From: Eledone cirrhosa | Taxonomy: Eukaryota | Assembly (NCBI GenBank): GCA_964016885.1 | Contig: OZ024741.1 | Coordinates: 50,964,001-51,028,000 of the forward strand | DNA length: 64,000 nucleotides | Direction: 5' to 3' | Shown here: one piece after another, positions 45,001 to 59,061 of the stretch | Layout of the letters: each line of letters begins with the position of its first letter | Numbering within the stretch: the stretch's first letter is position 1 | Translations under genes and position numbers: made by a program | The notes under the pieces: model-generated | What the model was told of the DNA's origin: nothing | Database searches by the model: none | Seen by the model: only the letters and a program-made list of their open reading frames with translations

Positions 45001-45412
45001 GGTGTAGAGAGAGTTGGTTGATGGTTCGATTGTGGTGGAGGGTGGTGTCTATGTATTGTGTGGTTATATTGGTGTAGAGAGAGTTGGTTGATGGTTCGAT
45101 TGTGGTGGAGGGTGGTGTCTATGTATTGTGTGGTTATATTGGTGTAGAGAGAGTTGGTTGATGGTTCGATTGTGGTGGAGGGTGGTGTCTATGTATTGTG
45201 TGGTTATATTGGTGTAGAGAGTGTTGGTTGATGGTTCGATGGTGGTGGAGGGTGGTGTCTATGAATTGTGTGGTTATATTGGTGTAGAGAGAGTTGGCTG
45301 ATGGTTAGATGGTGGTGGATGGTGGTGTCTATGTATTTTTCGGTTATATTGGTGTAGAGGAAAGTGGTTGATGGTTAGATGGTTGTGTCTATGAGTTGTG
45401 TGGTTATATAGA
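1..45412. repeat. Satellite array, 70-bp monomer GTTGGCTGATGGTTCGATGGTGGTGGACGGTGGTGTCTATGTATTGTGTGGTTATATTGGTGTAGAGAGA with a 66-bp variant lacking AGAG; ~660 copies; open at the left edge of the window
   Basis: Directly visible head-to-tail repetition with few substitutions per monomer; the last monomers (~45300-45412) are degenerate before unique sequence starts. Confidence 0.98.
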
Positions 45413-45565
45413 GTGCTTTTATTTGTTTAATGGTATGGTACATGGTTACGTGGAAGCTGGCTAATTGAAAATCTTGCAAAATAGTTTTGTTGCAGACATT
45501 TTTTTTTATATTTTACCAAAAAACTATGTAATATTATTGCTTTGGACACATATATATGTATGTTG

Positions 45566-46490
45566 TTCTGGTTTTATAATTTCACAAAGTTTTACCAATA
45601 GAGAGAGAGTCGGTTTCTAACATAGACACAAGATTCTCTCATTCGAATTTACACAACATCAACTAGGTAGATATGTATGTATGTCTGCATGCATGCATGT
45701 GTAGATATGGTGGATGTTATTGTATGTGTGGATGTGGATGTTTTGAGTTGTATGTGTGCATGTGTATATGCTTTGTATCTGTACATGTGTAAATGCAGTT
45801 ATTAGATGCAACATTTTTGGAATGTTTTACATATTTTTACTGTTCCATTAATGGATTGTACTTGTAATTTCCTAACTAGTTGTGTTCTTTCTGTTCCTGT
45901 GAAGCCTAGCTTCTCAAGATTTGTATTGAGGCAGTTACTAACATATCCCAGTGCCCCAACAATCACAGGCATAAATCTGAAGGTGTAATCAGGGTGGAGT
46001 ATCTGCAGATTTCTCACCAGTTCGGCATAAATATTCTCCTTTTCACTAATCTTTGATATTATATTGGCATCTGCTGGGCTGCTAATTTCCACTACTGTGC
46101 ATGTTTTCTTCTCCCTGTCCCATATCATAATATCTGGTCTGTTATGCCTGCATTTTATTGGGGTTTTTTACTGGAACATTCCACCAGTACTCTTTCATAT
46201 TATGTACATGGATGTCTTCCACATTGTTGTAGCTTTTAATGTGTTTATTATCGGGGCTATCTTTTTTACGAACTGCATTGTACAGTGTTTTGGCCACTAC
46301 ATCATGCCTCATAGGTAGATAGTACCGCGATGACATCTTTGGGCAGCTGCTGATGACATGGGTGATATCCTCGATGTTAGTTCTGCAGAGTCTGCACTTG
46401 TTATAACATCTAGGTGTTTTGCCTGCATCCCTATCTCTTTTATGAATCAGGTATTTCGTGCTAATCTCCTATTCTTGGATTGCAAAAGCG
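45566..46490 (-). mobile_element. 5'-truncated, decayed R4/Dong-like non-LTR retrotransposon (CCHC knuckle + restriction-like endonuclease + 3' UTR), copy 1
   Basis: Minus-strand translation gives [56 protein letters not shown] and PVIVGALG; has a frameshift and a stop; 3' UTR is shared with 50757-50990. Confidence 0.85.
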
Positions 46491-46548
46491 TATGTATGTA
46501 TGTATGTATGTATGTATGTATGTATGTATGTATGTATGTATGTATGCA

Positions 46549-47104
46549 ATGGTCGGGTCGTTGGCGACTAAACTGGCAACCCCACCAAGGTTTCTTGGTG
46601 AGGAGGGTGACTTTGGACATCCTGCAGGACTAAAAACAAAACCTGTCAAAGGGCAAAGGAACTCTTAAGAGTCAATGGCCATCCAAAATCACCGGGAGAG
46701 ATGACCCCTTAGCCTTTGTCAAGGCAGAATTCTAGGAGAAGGAAAACTCTGATATAACACCTGCAACTCTGATGGTATCCAATGATGTTGACTTGTTCTT
46801 CTTTTTGGTAAATATCATCTTGGTTAAGAGAGTGGGACTGGCTTTGTGCAGTGCCTTTGCTCACTATAAAAGCTTCACGGCACAGGCATTGCTTTATATC
46901 TGGAGATCTCTCTGCACTTGTCTCCACATGGTACCATGGGCCCAGCATTATGTGTCAATAATTGTCACAAGTGTAGTGTTTGTACCAGAGTTTTCAAGTC
47001 GCTGGCTGGACTAAAAAGTCACACTCGTTCAGCGCTTCGGTAGGGGTTCTCCTACATGTATATAAAGTAGTGGCCGTACTCGAAAACGAGTTGGCAGCCA
47101 CCAT
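46549..47104 (+). mobile_element. Non-autonomous RTE-like element (RTE-type 5' region + C2H2-finger 3' end + hairpin tail), copy 1
   Basis: Near-identical to 61890-62437 and 49735-50107; contains CTAGGAGAAGGAAAACTCTGA, a CSVCTRVFKSLAGLKSH remnant and the tail CTCGAAAACGAG...CCACCAT(GTAT). Confidence 0.7.
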
Positions 47105-47109
47105 GTATG

Positions 47110-47410
47110 CACTGATATTGAATGAATGGAGACTATATTTATCAAACCATATTTATTCTATTATATATATTTCAAGGGTACCAAAATTTTGGTACGCTAT
47201 CATCAGATAAAATACGAATTTTTCTTTTATAAATTTTGACATAACCAAGGAGAATATACCTTAGCGGTTCACGTTCTCCTTGGATAGTCAAAATAACTAT
47301 AGTTTCCATTTATTTAATAACATTGTATATTTACTCCAGAAAAACTGTAGAGTGCTCTGAATCAGTTATAAACATTTATATTTGTTGAATTACCAACAAA
47401 TTGAATATCC
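47110..47410. mobile_element. Short hammerhead-bearing Penelope pseudo-LTR-like fragment (family B) with partially inverted ends
   Basis: Homologous to 58560-58780 in two orientations; ACTCCAGAAAAACTGTAGAGTGCT resembles the Penelope 5' region at 53943-53970. Confidence 0.6.
47154..47214 (-). ncRNA. Minimal type-I hammerhead ribozyme (family B)
   Basis: Minus strand reads TATTTTAT-CTGATGA-tAGcGTACCAA aatt TTGGTACcCTt-GAAA-TATATA-TA-ATAGAATA; palindromic stem III. Confidence 0.8.
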
Positions 47411-47420
47411 CTTCTGCTTA

Positions 47421-49154
<1,734 letters not shown>

Positions 49155-49525
49155 TCATCACCATCATCACTCGTCGACTACTGTCGAGATGGTGGATCTC
49201 ACTCTCAGAACCCCTGTCCCCCATCGCTGCCCCCAGGTCCTGTCTGCTGATTCCCGTATCCCTAGAGATAACGTCAGGGAATGACAGCTTCCTACTCCTA
49301 GTCAGGCTGGAGTTAGGGTTCCAGAGCAAGAGAGCGGATATGATTTCATTGCTGGCACGGTGACAGTGGCCAGCAAATTGAGCTCTCCGGGATTTTAGAA
49401 GGGCAGAGGCTCGAGGGAGTTTGCCATAGATTTTAGACAAGGTGGGACCTCGTTTCCAGGATAGGTTTTGCACTCTCATTAAGAGGCGGGTATATGTGCC
49501 ATCCAATCTCCTCTCAAGTTGTGAT
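49155..49525 (-). mobile_element. 3' fragment of an RTE/RTE-X-clade LINE (C-terminal RT region + tail)
   Basis: [23 protein letters not shown]...[11 protein letters not shown]...LLLWNP...DVISRDTG...AMGDR, then a CTCGAC...GTCGACGAG hairpin and a (TGA)-type tail. Confidence 0.8.
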
Positions 49526-49734
49526 GTATATATATATGTGTATATGTATATATATATGTAAAATATGTAGTTTAGAAAGCCACAACAATGCAGATGGGAA
49601 ATCTCGAGGTAAGAAGTGAGTGAGAAATAGGAGAAAAGTGAAAATGAAAATGAAAACAAAACAAAGGTAGAAGGGTTACCGTAGTGGAGATTTAATCCCA
49701 ATATTTCGGGCTCACGCCCATCAACGGGGGAAAG

Positions 49735-50107
49735 TTCTAGGAGAAGGAAAACTCTGATATAACACCTGCAACTCTGATGGTGTCCAATGATATTGACATG
49801 TTCTTCTTTTTGGTAAATATCATCTTGGTTAAGAGAGTGGGACTGGCTTTGTGCAGTGCCTTTGCTCACTATAAAAGCTTCACGGCACAGGCATTGCTTT
49901 ATATCTGGAGATCTCTCTGCACTTGTCGTCACATGGTACCATGGGCCCAGCACTATGTGTCAATAATTGTCGCAAGTGTAGTGTTTGTACTAGAGTTTTC
50001 AAGTCACTGGCTGGACTAAAAAGTCACTCGTTCGGCGCGTCGGTAGGGGTTCTCCTACATGGATATAAAGTAGTGGCCGTACTCGAAAACGAGTTGGCAG
50101 CCACCAT
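49735..50107 (+). mobile_element. Non-autonomous RTE-like element, 5'-truncated copy 2
   Basis: Matches 46730-47104; ends CCACCAT followed by (GTAT)n. Confidence 0.7.
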
Positions 50108-50199
50108 GTATGTATGTATGTATGTATGTATGTATGTATGTATGTATGTATGTATGTATGTATGTATGTATATATGTACGTATGCATGCATGTATGTGC

Positions 50200-50559
50200 G
50201 TAAGCAAAGCCCTGGTGTATCTCTCGAAACGATCGGTGTCTCCATTGAATTGGTGTGCCCTAAATGTGGAAAGATGTGCTTCGGCAAATCTGGTCTCAGG
50301 AGTCACAGTCGCAGCCATGTTCAGAGAGAACGGTATTGAAAAATGTCTCAAAGAATGTTGATCTGTAGCAGGACTGAAGCGGCATGTGAAGGTTCACAGG
50401 CAACCTGATGCAAGATCTGAGGCGAGGGAGATCAATAGTTGTCGTCAATGTACGAAGGAGTGCAAGTCTCTAGCAGGCTTGAAAAGCCATATCCGAGCGT
50501 CACACGTCTGGATCTGACAAGCGATTGCAATAATCTTGGCGTGAGTTTACAACCATCAT
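50200..50559 (+). pseudogene. Decayed triple C2H2 zinc-finger segment, probably the 3' end of an RTE-like LINE
   Basis: CPKCGKMCFGKSGLRSHSRSH; (frameshift) EKCLKEC*SVAGLKRHVKVH; CRQCTKECKSLAGLKSHIRASH, then a stop and a CCATCAT(GTAT) tail like the other RTE ends. Confidence 0.65.
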
Positions 50560-50575
50560 GTATGTACGCGCGCGC

Positions 50576-52545
<1,970 letters not shown>

Positions 52546-52569
52546 TATATGTATTCTATGATGTTTGTA

Positions 52570-52650
52570 TATCTGTTCTGTTATGTTTGTATTTTATTGC
52601 TGTTTTGACTGGAACATTCCCCAAGTACTCTTTTATATTATGTGTGCATA
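52570..52650 (-). mobile_element. Small additional R4-like endonuclease-region fragment
   Basis: Matches 51308-51380 (TATCTGTTCTGTTAT...GACTGGAACATTCC..AGTACTCTTT). Confidence 0.6.
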
Positions 52651-52689
52651 TGATATTCTATAATGTATTCTATGATGTATGTATGTATA

Positions 52690-53001
52690 ATCGGGTTGGA
52701 CACCAGATCGAGTGAAGGACCCCTAGCCTTTGTCAGGGCATTCTTCTAGGAGAAGGCGACTCAGGAAACTGGGATAACTCCGATATAAAACCAGTAGTTA
52801 CAGATGATGTTGATCTTTTCTTCTTTTCGGGTTATAGCTACTGTTGCTCAGAGAGTGGGATTGGCTCAGTGCACAGTCTTTCCTCACTTTAAAATATATC
52901 TTCAGACACAGTAATTGCAAGATAGAATTAATTAATAATTATTAATAATGGTATATCGTGCAATGGGCATACTCGATAACGAGGGGGCAGCCATCATCAT
53001 G
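52690..53001 (+). mobile_element. Diverged relative of the non-autonomous RTE-like element
   Basis: Shares GACCCCTAGCCTTTGTCA, CTAGGAGAAGG, GATGATGTTGA, AGAGAGTGGGA and the tail CTCGATAACGAG..GCAGCCATCATCAT. Confidence 0.55.
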
Positions 53002-53251
53002 TATATATGTATGTATATATGTATGTATGTATGAATGTATTTATGTACATATGTTTGAATGTATGTACGTATATATGTATATATATAATATATAAATATT
53101 ATACACCCCCCCACACATATATCTATATTGACATCTATATATATGTCTGTGTGTGTATGAGTCTTTCTGTATATTGCACGTGATCTACACAAGCACACAT
53201 AAACAATGTATGTATACACATATAAATCTCTCTCTCTCTACACACACACAC

Positions 53252-53253
<2 letters not shown>

Positions 53254-53282
<29 letters not shown>

Positions 53283-53384
53283 TGTATGTATGTATGTATG
53301 TATGTATGTATGTATGTATGTATGTATGTATGTATGTATGTATGTATGTATGTATGTATATATATGTATGTATGTATGTATATG

Positions 53385-53421
<37 letters not shown>
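53254..53421. repeat. (TATG)n then (TA)n microsatellite abutting the Penelope element
   Basis: Direct inspection. Confidence 0.95.
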
Positions 53422-53424
<3 letters not shown>

Positions 53425-53452
53425 ATCAAAAGATGGTTAAAAGAGTTCCATG

Positions 53453-53523
53453 TATTTTATTATGCGCATTTCAAAAACAAATATCATCATGCAATAACAT
53501 TTGTGTTTTCATCAGATAAAATA
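53453..53523 (-). ncRNA. Inverted copy of the family A hammerhead
   Basis: Exact reverse complement of 53828-53898. Confidence 0.88.
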
Positions 53524-53827
53524 GGAAGACATGATATGAAGGTTAAAAAACACTTGTGGATAGTGCAGTTTTAAATCAACATATGAAAAGTAGCTTTAGA
53601 TTGATGTGTGATATTGGGAAACAAAATTTTTGAGGGGGGGGGGGTATGAAAAAGAGGAGGAGATGAGAGTAAAAAGTGGAGGGGGAGGAGTATAATGATG
53701 AAGGATGAGATAGGAGGAGAGATGGGTGATAGAGAGAGAGAGATAGCTTTTATAACTGAGAAAAATATATTGTTTTACATAGAGAGGTTGAAAAACCGTG
53801 CTTTTTAACCTTCATATCATGTCTTCC

Positions 53828-53898
53828 TATTTTATCTGATGAAAACACAAATGTTATTGCATGATGATATTTGTTTTTGAAATGCGCATAATAAAATA
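53828..53898 (+). ncRNA. Minimal type-I hammerhead ribozyme in the Penelope pLTR (family A)
   Basis: TATTTTAT / CTGATGA (53836) / ~16-bp stem II with GCAT loop / GAAA (53879) / palindromic ATGCGCAT stem III / UA cleavage site after 53890 / ATAAAATA. Confidence 0.9.
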
Positions 53899-54105
53899 CA
53901 TGGAACTCTTTTAACCATCTTTTGATCTTATATATTATGTATACTCCAATCCTACAAACTGTAGAGTGCTTCTTATCCGATATCTGCATTGCTTTATTGT
54001 ACTACAATAAAACTCACCTCCTACATTAATTTGCTCCTTAACGGTTGAGCGCTAACTCTCATATTGGATACCTTTTGATGGTCCTTTACCTTTTTCTTCT
54101 ACAAC

Positions 54106-56452
54106 ATGGATTATTACAACATAACCAATTCAAGTAAAGACATTCCTATACCTGGTAAATCTGAATTCACCAAACATCTAATTGAAAAAACTGACTCCTT
54201 TGTAAGAAGACTTAGATGGATAGCTTATTTCTATGACCAGCGCACCAAAGAACATAACTTCCTCGATCATCTATTTAATTCTAGAAGAAATCCTCCTTCC
54301 AACAAAAATCTAGTGCAATTCGAGGAAGAGTTAACAAAAATTATAAAAAATCTTAAATTCAAGAGATACCCTTACAAAGGACAAGAGCACCTTGTAAATC
54401 TCAAGAACACAATTTCAAACCTAAATTCCTCAAAAAATGTTTTAGTCCACTCTGATAAAACCAATAATTTATATGGTATTTCCAAGGATAATTATAACAA
54501 CCTTATCCTAAAGGAACTTAGGAAAAAATATCGTAAAACCAACCATGATAATTTAGAATCCATAAACTTTGAAGCCTCTGAGATTATGTCAAAACTTGGC
54601 ATCGAAAAAAAGACCGAACCATTCCTCCCAAGAACTCCGAGGATAAATCTCAAGGATCACAAAAACAATTTTCACACTGAACTACCTGTTAGATTAATCG
54701 CCCCCTCTAAAGCAGATCTGGGGGTTGTTAGTAAAGCCATCTTGGATAGAATTATCCCACAGGTTCGTTCTAATTGCTCTTCTTTGAACTTAAATTTATG
54801 GTTTGGTACTTCTGAAGTGATTGGCTGGTTCAACAAATTGAATAATAAAAACAAACTAAAATTTGTTCAAATTGATATTGCCAGCTACTATTCTTCTATT
54901 TCGTCTTCACTTCTCAACAATGCTCTATCTTTCGCATTTAAATATTCTGACATCACCACAGATGAACTTCACATCATTCTCACCGCACGTAAAACCATCC
55001 TAGAATTCAACAATGAATATTGGACCAGAGCTGATACCTCTAACAACTTCGACATCACAATGGGAGCATCCGATTCATCCCAATTGACAGATTTAATTGG
55101 TATCTTTATTTTGAACTCTTTGAGACGGAAAATTCCTCAACTTCGCGGTGGAATTTATCGTGACGATGGACTCTTTACTATCTTAAACTGCAACATAGTT
55201 AACCTTAATATTATTAAGAACAATATACGTAATCTCTTTAACCAACATAACCTAAAAATTGAATTTGATAACAGCATCAAACTAGCTAATTTCTTGGATG
55301 TATCTCTTAATCTTGACACTGGCCTATATTACCCTTACCATAAAAACAATGAGAACCTAAATTATGTTAATTTTAAATTTAACCACCCTACTAATATTAA
55401 GAATGCTATAGTTAGTAATATTGGAAAAAGAATATCTAACCTATCTTCTAATAAAAACATCTTTGATGCTAACGCCAATTACTATAATAACGCGCTTTCT
55501 AAAGCCGGCTATCCTGATAAAATCAAATATAGTAAAGTAAAGAAACAAATTCTAGAAGATCTTACAGTAGAATAATTAATCATGATCATTCCAATAACTT
55601 TAATAAAAGACCTAGATACAAAAACATAATCTGGTATAATGCTCCTTTCTCCATCTCTATTAATAATAATATTCCTAAATTATTCTTTAGTGCCTTAAAT
55701 AAATGCTTCCCTCCCTCACATATCTATAGTAAAATATTTAACAAACACACTATAAAATTTTCCTATTCGACATCCTCCAACATTTCCAACATTATCTCTA
55801 AACACAACAATAAAATACTAAATACTAAATCTCTTCCTTCCAACACTGAATATCATAATAATAGTAATAGTACTCCCGACGTCATTGTAAACTCTAGGCT
55901 AATTTCTGCAAACCCAAATACAACGTCAAACACAACTTCGCTAAATGTTCTTAATCCCATTCTAAATCAAGAAACTATTATTCCTATCGCAAATAACTTC
56001 TCCAATCCAATTCCTTCTATAGATAACACTAGGTCACTCGTTAATAATCTCTCTAATCGCAATTGCAAATTAAAAATAAATGTCCTCTCAACAACCATTG
56101 TCTTGATAAAAACTTAATCTACGAATGTAAAGTTATAACTGACACCAATTCCTTCACCTATTTTGGCTCCACTTCCACTTTCTTTAAAGCTCGTCTTTAT
56201 AATCATCATTCGTCTTTTAAATACCAACTTAAAAGAACCAACACGGCTCTCTCAGAACTCATATGGTCCTTGAAAATGGTTTCTTCTGCTTCTCCATACT
56301 TGAACAATTCTCTATCCAAGACTTGCAATCTCTGTCTAAATGAAAAATTTACCATTATATCTAATTTAGATTCTATAAGAAATTGACGCACTGACTTGTT
56401 TTCTCTCTGCTTGCATAAATTCCACAGAACATTCCATAAAGTATACAGCTAA
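54106..56452 (+). pseudogene. Penelope-like RT + C-terminal GIY-YIG endonuclease polyprotein, disrupted by two frameshifts (~55540-55575, ~56065) and an in-frame TGA (56384)
   Basis: RT motifs VQIDIASYYSSI, FDITMGASDS, IYRDDGL, NFLDVSL; the unlisted frame ~55578-56070 gives KNIIWYNAPFS...KIFNKHTIKFSYS..HNNKIL; EN motifs CPLNNHCL, NLIYECKV..TYFGST..FKARLYNH, CNLCLNEK; after the TGA, RTDLFSLCLH..TAA. Confidence 0.9.
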
Positions 56453-56920
56453 TATCCAATACTTTATCAATTTAGAATCCTTTTCTCAAAGGCACATATA
56501 TATATATATATATATACTTCTTTAAAAATATACCCATCTTTCTACCTTATTTCAAAGTTATTTATTATACATTATATAATACTTGTTACTCATTCTATAT
56601 CACTCCTATTTATCACTTCCCTTTCTTCCTTTTCCTTTTCTTTTCTTTTTCTTTTAATTTCTAACCCCTAATCTGTACCTTTTCTCACTGTGCCTAACAT
56701 AGAAACAATTATTACACAATACAATATATTCTTACTTTATATCACCTTGAAAAAATCCTTCGTAAACATAAACACATTTTTTTTACGTTAGATTATTCAT
56801 CCTCAATTCATTATTTTTTTCTCACTTTCATGCTCATCTAACTATTTCATCCCATCTTCTACTTTTTTCACAATATATCCTTACTTACATTACCTTTGCT
56901 ATTTTTAATAATACATATCC

Positions 56921-57082
56921 ACATTTTCTTTCCATCGCACATATTATTAAACCCTTAAATATTATTCTTAATACATATTAACATTTTCTTTCCATCGCAC
57001 ATATTATTAAACCCTTAAATATTATTCTTAATACATATTAACAATTTCTTTTCAACGCACATATTATTAAACCCTTCAATAT
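56921..57082. repeat. 60-bp tandem repeat (~2.7 copies) in the Penelope 3' UTR
   Basis: ACATTTTCTTTCCATCGCACATATTATTAAACCCTT... at 56921, 56981 and 57041. Confidence 0.9.
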
Positions 57083-57460
57083 ACAAACCTTAATTTTACA
57101 TTATTTTTCTCTTCGTTAATTTTCAAATTCTTTTAATTTATACATTATCTTCCAACGGTTTTTCAACCTCTCTATGTAAAACAATATATTTTTCTCAGTT
57201 ATAAAAGCTATCTCTCTCTCTCTCTATCACCCATCTCTCCTCCAATCTCATCCTTCCTCATTATACTCCCCCTCCACTTTTTACTCTCATCTCCTCCTCT
57301 TTTTCATCCCCCCCCCCCTCAAATTTTTTTTTCCCAATATCACACATCAATCTAAAACTATGTTGATTTAAAACATATGTTGATTTAAAACTGCACTATT
57401 CATAAGTGTTTTTTAACCTTCATATCATGTCTTCCTATTTTATCTGAGGAAAACACAAAT

Positions 57461-57585
57461 AATTGTTTCTACTTTTGGCACAAGGCCACCAATTACTCAG
57501 TGCATTACTGGTACTTTATTTTATCGACCCCGTAAGGATGAAAGGCAAAGTGAACCTCGGCGGGATTTGAACTCAGTCCGTAAAG
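57461..57585 (-). mobile_element. tRNA-derived SINE fragment (B box + Meta/MESC-like core)
   Basis: Minus strand GAGTTCAAATCCC (B box) followed by GCCTTTCATCCTTACGGGGTCGATAAAATAAAGTACCAG; near-identical to 61628-61745; the domain name is from recall. Confidence 0.75.
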
Positions 57586-57634
57586 CTTCGCTTTTCATGC
57601 CCGCCGAAAATGCGATTCTCGCTGAATCTTTATT

Positions 57635-57684
<50 letters not shown>

Positions 57685-57734
57685 AATAAAGATTCAGCGA
57701 GAATCGCATTTTCGGCGGGCATGAAATGCGAAGC
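57585..57734. repeat. 150-bp palindrome centred on (TA)n
   Basis: ~52-bp arms GCTTCGCTTTTCATGCCCGCCG...TATTTG / CAAATA...CGGCGGGCATGAAATGCGAAGC with one mismatch. Confidence 0.92.
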
Positions 57735-57749
57735 GAAACGCAAAAATCA

Positions 57750-57815
<66 letters not shown>

Positions 57816-57840
57816 TATGTATATACATATATATATATAT

Positions 57841-57975
57841 CAGAAAGGGTGTGGTAAAATACCAGGTGGACCATAACCCACCAGAGTACTCGATACTTGG
57901 GGTAGTAGAGTGGGTAATATGAAAAGATTCAGGACCCCGACGGCTGAGCTCCGGCCGTTTCGACAGTTAGAATCT

Positions 57976-57982
<7 letters not shown>
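57841..57982 (-). mobile_element. Short TA-flanked repeat (family D) carrying the 3' half of a hammerhead
   Basis: Homologous to 63771-63938 and 60625-60735; minus strand GTCGAAACGGC-cggagctca-GCCGTC-GGGGTCC. Confidence 0.55.
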
Positions 57983-58007
<25 letters not shown>

Positions 58008-58013
<6 letters not shown>

Positions 58014-58550
58014 ATTATTGCCAATAAGAAACACACGCACCAGTTGCTTTCACTTCAATTTATTATAAATTAAATTTATAAATTTAGGACTTTATAAATT
58101 TCCAGTTGGTTGGTTGGTTCCACAACCAGACGATTGTTCATATATTGTCAAAGTTCATTCGTCACACATTCTGTGACCTCTTCAGTGACTGGGAATTCTT
58201 TTCTTTGTTTTGTGCCTCTCCTTTGTTCTGTACTACGCCATCTTGTTTTTTTGTGTGTTGTTTGCTTAGTTTACGCATGTGTTACACATGCACATGTGTT
58301 ACACAAAGAATGTGTGTGGAAAGAACTTTGACAATATATGAACAATCGACTGGTTGTGGAAAAAACCAACCGGAAATTTATAAATTCCTAAATTTATAAA
58401 TTTAATTTATAATGAATTGAAGTGAAAGCAACTGGTGAGTGTGTTTCTTATTGGCAACATGACCCTCCCAAAGCATAACAATATCGGTTTCAACACACGT
58501 TTTCAGATAAAGAATCTTGCTAAACAAATTCAGAAACGAAATATATATAT
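58008..58550. mobile_element. Imperfect fold-back element (family C), arms ~58018-58170 / ~58308-58457, with a degenerate hammerhead at 58147-58190 (-)
   Basis: Arms are reverse complements; homologous to 59000-59630; minus strand AGTCA-CTGAAGA-gGTCACA gaatg TGTGAC-GAAT. Confidence 0.65.
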
Positions 58551-58644
58551 AAGCAATGAGTTATTTAATTTGTTGGTTATTCAACACATTTAGTTTATAA
58601 CAGGTTAGAAACACTCTACAGTATTCTTCTGGTGTATAATATCA

Positions 58645-58923
58645 ATAATATTAATAAATGGAAACTATCTTGATAAAACCATATTTATTTTATTATATAT
58701 ATTTCAAGGGTACCAACATTTTTGGTACGCTCTCATCAGATAAAATACAAAAGTTGTATTACAAATAGTGACATATTCAAGACAAGAACTTAGCGCTGTA
58801 AATATGTCACTATCTGTAAAACAACTTTTGTATTTTATCTAATGAGAGCGTACTAAAAATGTTGGTACCCATGAAATATATATAATAAAATAAATATGGT
58901 TTTATAAAGATAGTTTCCATTTA

Positions 58924-58933
<10 letters not shown>
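58645..58933. repeat. Inverted repeat (family B), ~133-bp arms, 23-bp spacer
   Basis: 58645-58777 matches the reverse complement of 58801-58933 with a few mismatches. Confidence 0.9.
58686..58747 (-). ncRNA. Minimal type-I hammerhead ribozyme (family B); mirror copy 58831-58892 (+) has a mutated core CTAATGA
   Basis: TATTTTAT-CTGATGA-GAGcGTACCAA aaatg TTGGTACcCTT-GAAA-TATATA-TA-ATAAAATA. Confidence 0.85.
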
Positions 58934-59004
<71 letters not shown>

Positions 59005-59061
59005 TTTCGTTTCTGAATTTGTTTAGCAAGATTCTTTATCTGAAATCGTGTGTTGAAACCG

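Larger units (their letters stand above)
53417..57460 (+). mobile_element. Penelope-like retroelement with an inverted 5' pseudo-LTR (53417-53799), a direct partial pLTR (53802-~53935), ORF, 3' UTR and a 3' pLTR (57155-57460)
   Basis: 53417-53550 is the reverse complement of 53802-53935; ~53500-53799 is the reverse complement of 57155-57460; RT + GIY-YIG coding region lies between; hammerheads are in the pLTRs. Confidence 0.92.

Noticed and set aside
1-45412. CRISPR array or hammerhead satellite
   Set aside because: No unique spacers and no cas genes; the monomer has CTGATGG but no GAAA or stems
54106-55575. Bacterial RT system (retron/DGR/group II intron)
   Set aside because: Motifs, the downstream GIY-YIG, pLTRs and the eukaryotic repeat context fit a Penelope-like element
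56384-56386. In-frame TGA as selenocysteine or readthrough
   Set aside because: Not at an evident Cys position, no SECIS recognised, and the element has other disabling lesions; a simple nonsense mutation is more likely
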